From Heterodontus francisci (taxonomy: Eukaryota): a stretch of DNA of 64,000 nt. The notes beneath the pieces were generated by a model. It made no database searches. It saw only the letters and a list, made by a program, of their open reading frames with translations, and was not told the origin of the DNA. The position numbers and the translations under genes were made by a program. Shown in pieces: positions 60,968 to 64,000 of this stretch (positions are counted from its first letter, which is position 1; each line of letters starts with the position of its first letter). The stretch is taken from contig NC_090401.1 of assembly GCF_036365525.1 (NCBI RefSeq), positions 50,470,771-50,534,770 on the forward strand, given 5' to 3'.

Positions 60968-63405
60968 ATAAAAGCAAAATACCGCGGATGCTGGAAATAT
61001 GAAATAAAAACAAGAAACGCTGGAACCACTCAGCAGGTCTGGCAGCATCTGTGGAAAGAGAAGCAGAGTTAACGTTTCGGGTCAGTGACGCTTCTTCGGA
61101 ACTAGCAAATATTAGAAATGTCAAAGGTTATAAGCAACTGAGCAGGGGGTGCGGCAAGAGATAACAAAGGAGAAGGTGTAGATTGAACAAGGCCAGATAG
61201 CTGACCTGGAGCAAAGGCAAACAATATGTTAATGGTGTGTTGAAAGACAAAGCATTAGTACAGATAGGGTGTTAACGAACTGAAGATTGAACAGCAGCAA
61301 GTACAAACATGAAAAAAACCAGTGGGTAAGCAAACTGAACAAAGTACAATGAAATGAAATAAACAAAAGAAAAAAAATGTAAAAAAGAAAAAAATAACTA
61401 AAAATAAAAGTAAAATGGGGGGGCCTATCATGCTCTGAAATTATTGAACTCAATGTTCTGTCCGGCAGGCTGTAGTGTGCCTAATCGGAAAATGAGATGC
61501 TGTTCCTCGAGCTTGCATTGATGTTCAGTGGAACACTGCAGCAAGCCCAGGATAGAGATGTGAGCATGAGAGCAGGGGGGAGTGTTGAAATGGCAAGCAA
61601 CCGGAAGCTCAGGGTCTTGCTTGCGGACTGAGTGGAGGTGTTCCGCAAAGCGGTCACCCAGTCTGCGTTTGGTCTCCCCAGTGTAGAGGAGACCACATTG
61701 TGAGCAGCGAATACAGTATACTACATTGAAAGAAGTACAAGTAAATCGCTGCTTCACCTGAAAGGAGTGTTTGGGGCCTGGGATAGTGAGGAGAGAGGAG
61801 GTAAATGGGCAGGTATTACACCTCCTGCGATTGCAGGGGAAGGTGCCATGGGACGGGGACGAGGTGGTGGGGGTAATGGAGGAGTGGACCAGGGTGTCGC
61901 GGAGGGAGCGATCCCTTCGGAATGCTGACAGGGGAGGGGAGGGGAAGATGCATTTGGTAGTGGCATCACGCTGGAGGTGGCGGAAATGGCAGAGGATGAT
62001 CCTTTGGATATGGAGGCTGATGGGGTGGAAAGTGAGGACAAGGGGAACCCTGTCATGGTTCTGGGAGGGAGGGGAAGGGGTGAGGGTAGAGGTGCGGGAA
62101 ATGGGCCGGACACGGTTGAGGGCCCTGTCAACAACAGTGGGGGAGAATCCTCGGTTGAGGAAAAAGGAGGTCATATCAGAAGCATCGTCATGGAAGGTGG
62201 CATCATCAGAGCAGATGCGTCGGAGATGGAGAAACTGGGAGAATGGAATGGAGTCCTTAAAGGAGGTAGGGTGTGAAGAAGTGTAGTCCAGGTAGCTGTG
62301 GGAGTCGGTGGGCTTATAATGAATATTAGTAGACAACCTATCCCCAGAGATGGAGACAGAGAAGTCGAGGAAGGGAAGGGAAGTGTCAGAGATGGACCAT
62401 GTAAAGGTGAGAGAAGGGTGGAAAGTTTTCCAGTTCAGGGCGGGAGCAGGAAACGGCACCGATACAGTCATCAATGTACCGGAAAAAGAGTTGGGGGAGG
62501 GGGCCTGAGTAGGACTGGAACAAAGAATGCTCGACATATCCCACCCATGCGGTTACGCATAGCAACAGCTTTTACTTGCAGGAAGTGAGTTAAGTTGAAG
62601 GATAAAGTTGTTCAATGTGAGAACAAGTTCAGCCAGGCGGAGGAGGGTGGTGGTGGATGGGGACTGGTTGGACCGCTGTTCAAGGAAGAAGCGGAGAGCC
62701 CTCATACCGTCCTGGTGGGGGATGGAGGTGTAGAGAGATTGGACGTCCATAGTGAAGAGGCAGTTGGGACCAGGAAACTGGAAATTGTCAAAATGACGTA
62801 GGGCGTTAGAGTCACGGATGTAGGTGGGAAGTGACTGGACCAGCAGAGAAAAGATGGAGTCAAGATAGGAAGAAATAAGTTCAGTGGGGCAGGAGCAGGC
62901 TGACACAATGGGTCTGCCGGGACAGTCCCGTTTGTGGATTTTGGGAAGGAGGTAGAAGTGGGCTGTCTGGGGTTGTGGGACTATGAGGTTGGAAGCTGTA
63001 GACGGAAGATCTCCAGAGGAGATGAGGTCAGTGACAGTCCTTTGGACAGTGGTTTGATGTTCGGTGGTGGGGTCATGGTCCAGAGGGAGGTAGGAAGAAG
63101 TGTCTGTGAGTTGGCGTTGAGCTTCTGCAAGGTAGAGGTCTGTGCGCCATACAACAACAGCACCACCCTTGTCTGCAGGTTTGATGACCATGTCGGGGTT
63201 AGACCTGAGAGAACGGATGCCTCAAGTTCAGAGGGGGACAAGTTAGAGTGAGTGAGGGGGGGCAGAGAAATTGAGATGACCAATGTCTCGCTGACAGTTT
63301 TCAATGAAGAGATCAAGAGCGGGTAAGAGGCCGGGTGGAGGGGTCCAGGTAGAGGGAGAATGCTGGAGGCGGGTGAATGGGTCTGCTGGTTGGGGGGAGT
63401 ATCCC
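60968..63405 (-). mobile_element. 5'-truncated Penelope-like element (RT + GIY-YIG endonuclease), frameshifted
   Basis: RT motifs IKPADKGGAVVV, YLLPKIHK..PGRPIVS, FTMDVQSLYTSIPH and FLDFSV..YKPTDSHSYL. Linker CNRRRCNTC. GIY-YIG NVVYCIRC..GLLYTGETKRRLGDRFAEH. Perfect 15-bp TSD tccatgtatactaca (60953-60967 / 63406-63420). Confidence 0.95.
61067..61103 (-). ncRNA. Minimal type-I hammerhead ribozyme-like motif in the Penelope 3' region
   Basis: Minus strand AGUU-CCGAAGA-A-GCGUCACUGACCC-GAAA-CGUU-AACU: stem I AGUU/AACU, core boxes, stem II hairpin, palindromic ACGU stem III and GUU triplet. The core is a U4C variant. Confidence 0.6.
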
Positions 63406-64000
63406 TCCATGTATACTACATCTGCTGCTGTACCCTCATCTACACATCTAGTCACCTCCTCGAAAAATTCAATCAAGTTAGTTAGACAAAATCTCCCCCT
63501 GACAAAGCCATGCTGACTATCTCTGATTAATTCCTGCTTCTCCAAGTGGAGATTAATCCTGTCCCTCAGAATTTTTTCCAATATTTTCCCAACCACTGAT
63601 GTAAGACTCACCAGCCTGTAATTACCTAGTTTATCCCTGCTACCCTTCTTGAATAATGGTACCATATTCGCTGTCTTCCAGTCCTCTGGTACCTCTCCTG
63701 TGGCCAGAGAGGATTTGAAAATTTGTGTCAAAGCCCCTGCTATCTCCTCCCTTGCCTCACATAACAGCCTGGGATACACCTCATCTGGGCCTGAGGATTT
63801 ATCCACTTTTAAGCCTGCTAAAACAGCTAATTATTCCTCCCTTTGAATGTTAATATGTTCAAATATATCACAATCCCCCTCCCTGATCTCTACACCTACA
63901 TCGTCCTTCTCCATAGTGAACACCAATGAAAAGTAATCATTTAAAACTTCACCTATGTCCTCCGGCTCCACACAAAGATTGCTATGTTGGTCCCTAATGG

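Larger units (their letters stand above)
59652..64000 (-). mobile_element. CR1 LINE ORF2 (runs off the window) split by two Penelope insertions
   Basis: DKSSGPDEVYPRLL...QHGFVRGRFCLTNL...DVVYM | [15 protein letters not shown]...[10 protein letters not shown]...WNTLPEEVVEA. Confidence 0.93.

Noticed and set aside
1-64000. CRISPR array or prokaryotic operon/defence system
   Set aside because: No regularly spaced repeat-spacer array, and the sequence is eukaryotic and TE-rich.

Overview
This is vertebrate genomic DNA, most likely from a shark or other elasmobranch. The inference rests on the repeats: HE1-type V-SINEs, SacSINE1/Deu-domain SINEs, LF-SINE-like relics, and CR1, L2 and Penelope retroelements. 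The only credible host genes are two intronless RhoB-like small GTPase paralogues on the minus strand (2170-2754 and 35384-35968, 194 aa each, 33.2 kb apart). They share unusual substitutions (Asn41->Thr; a RhoD/RhoF-type P-loop GDGGCGKTS). They differ in the effector loop (E40 vs D40) and in the CaaX box (CTLL vs CTMM), and show a patch of near-identity that suggests gene conversion. Most of the remaining recognisable sequence is transposable elements: two near-full-length decayed CR1 LINEs, a GIY-YIG Penelope element with a 15-bp TSD, short Penelope-tail insertions carrying minimal hammerhead-ribozyme cores, hAT-type and Harbinger-type MITEs, and nested insertions. All alignments and counts were done by eye. 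Repeat boundaries are approximate unless a TSD is cited, and family names come from recalled consensus sequences, not a database search.
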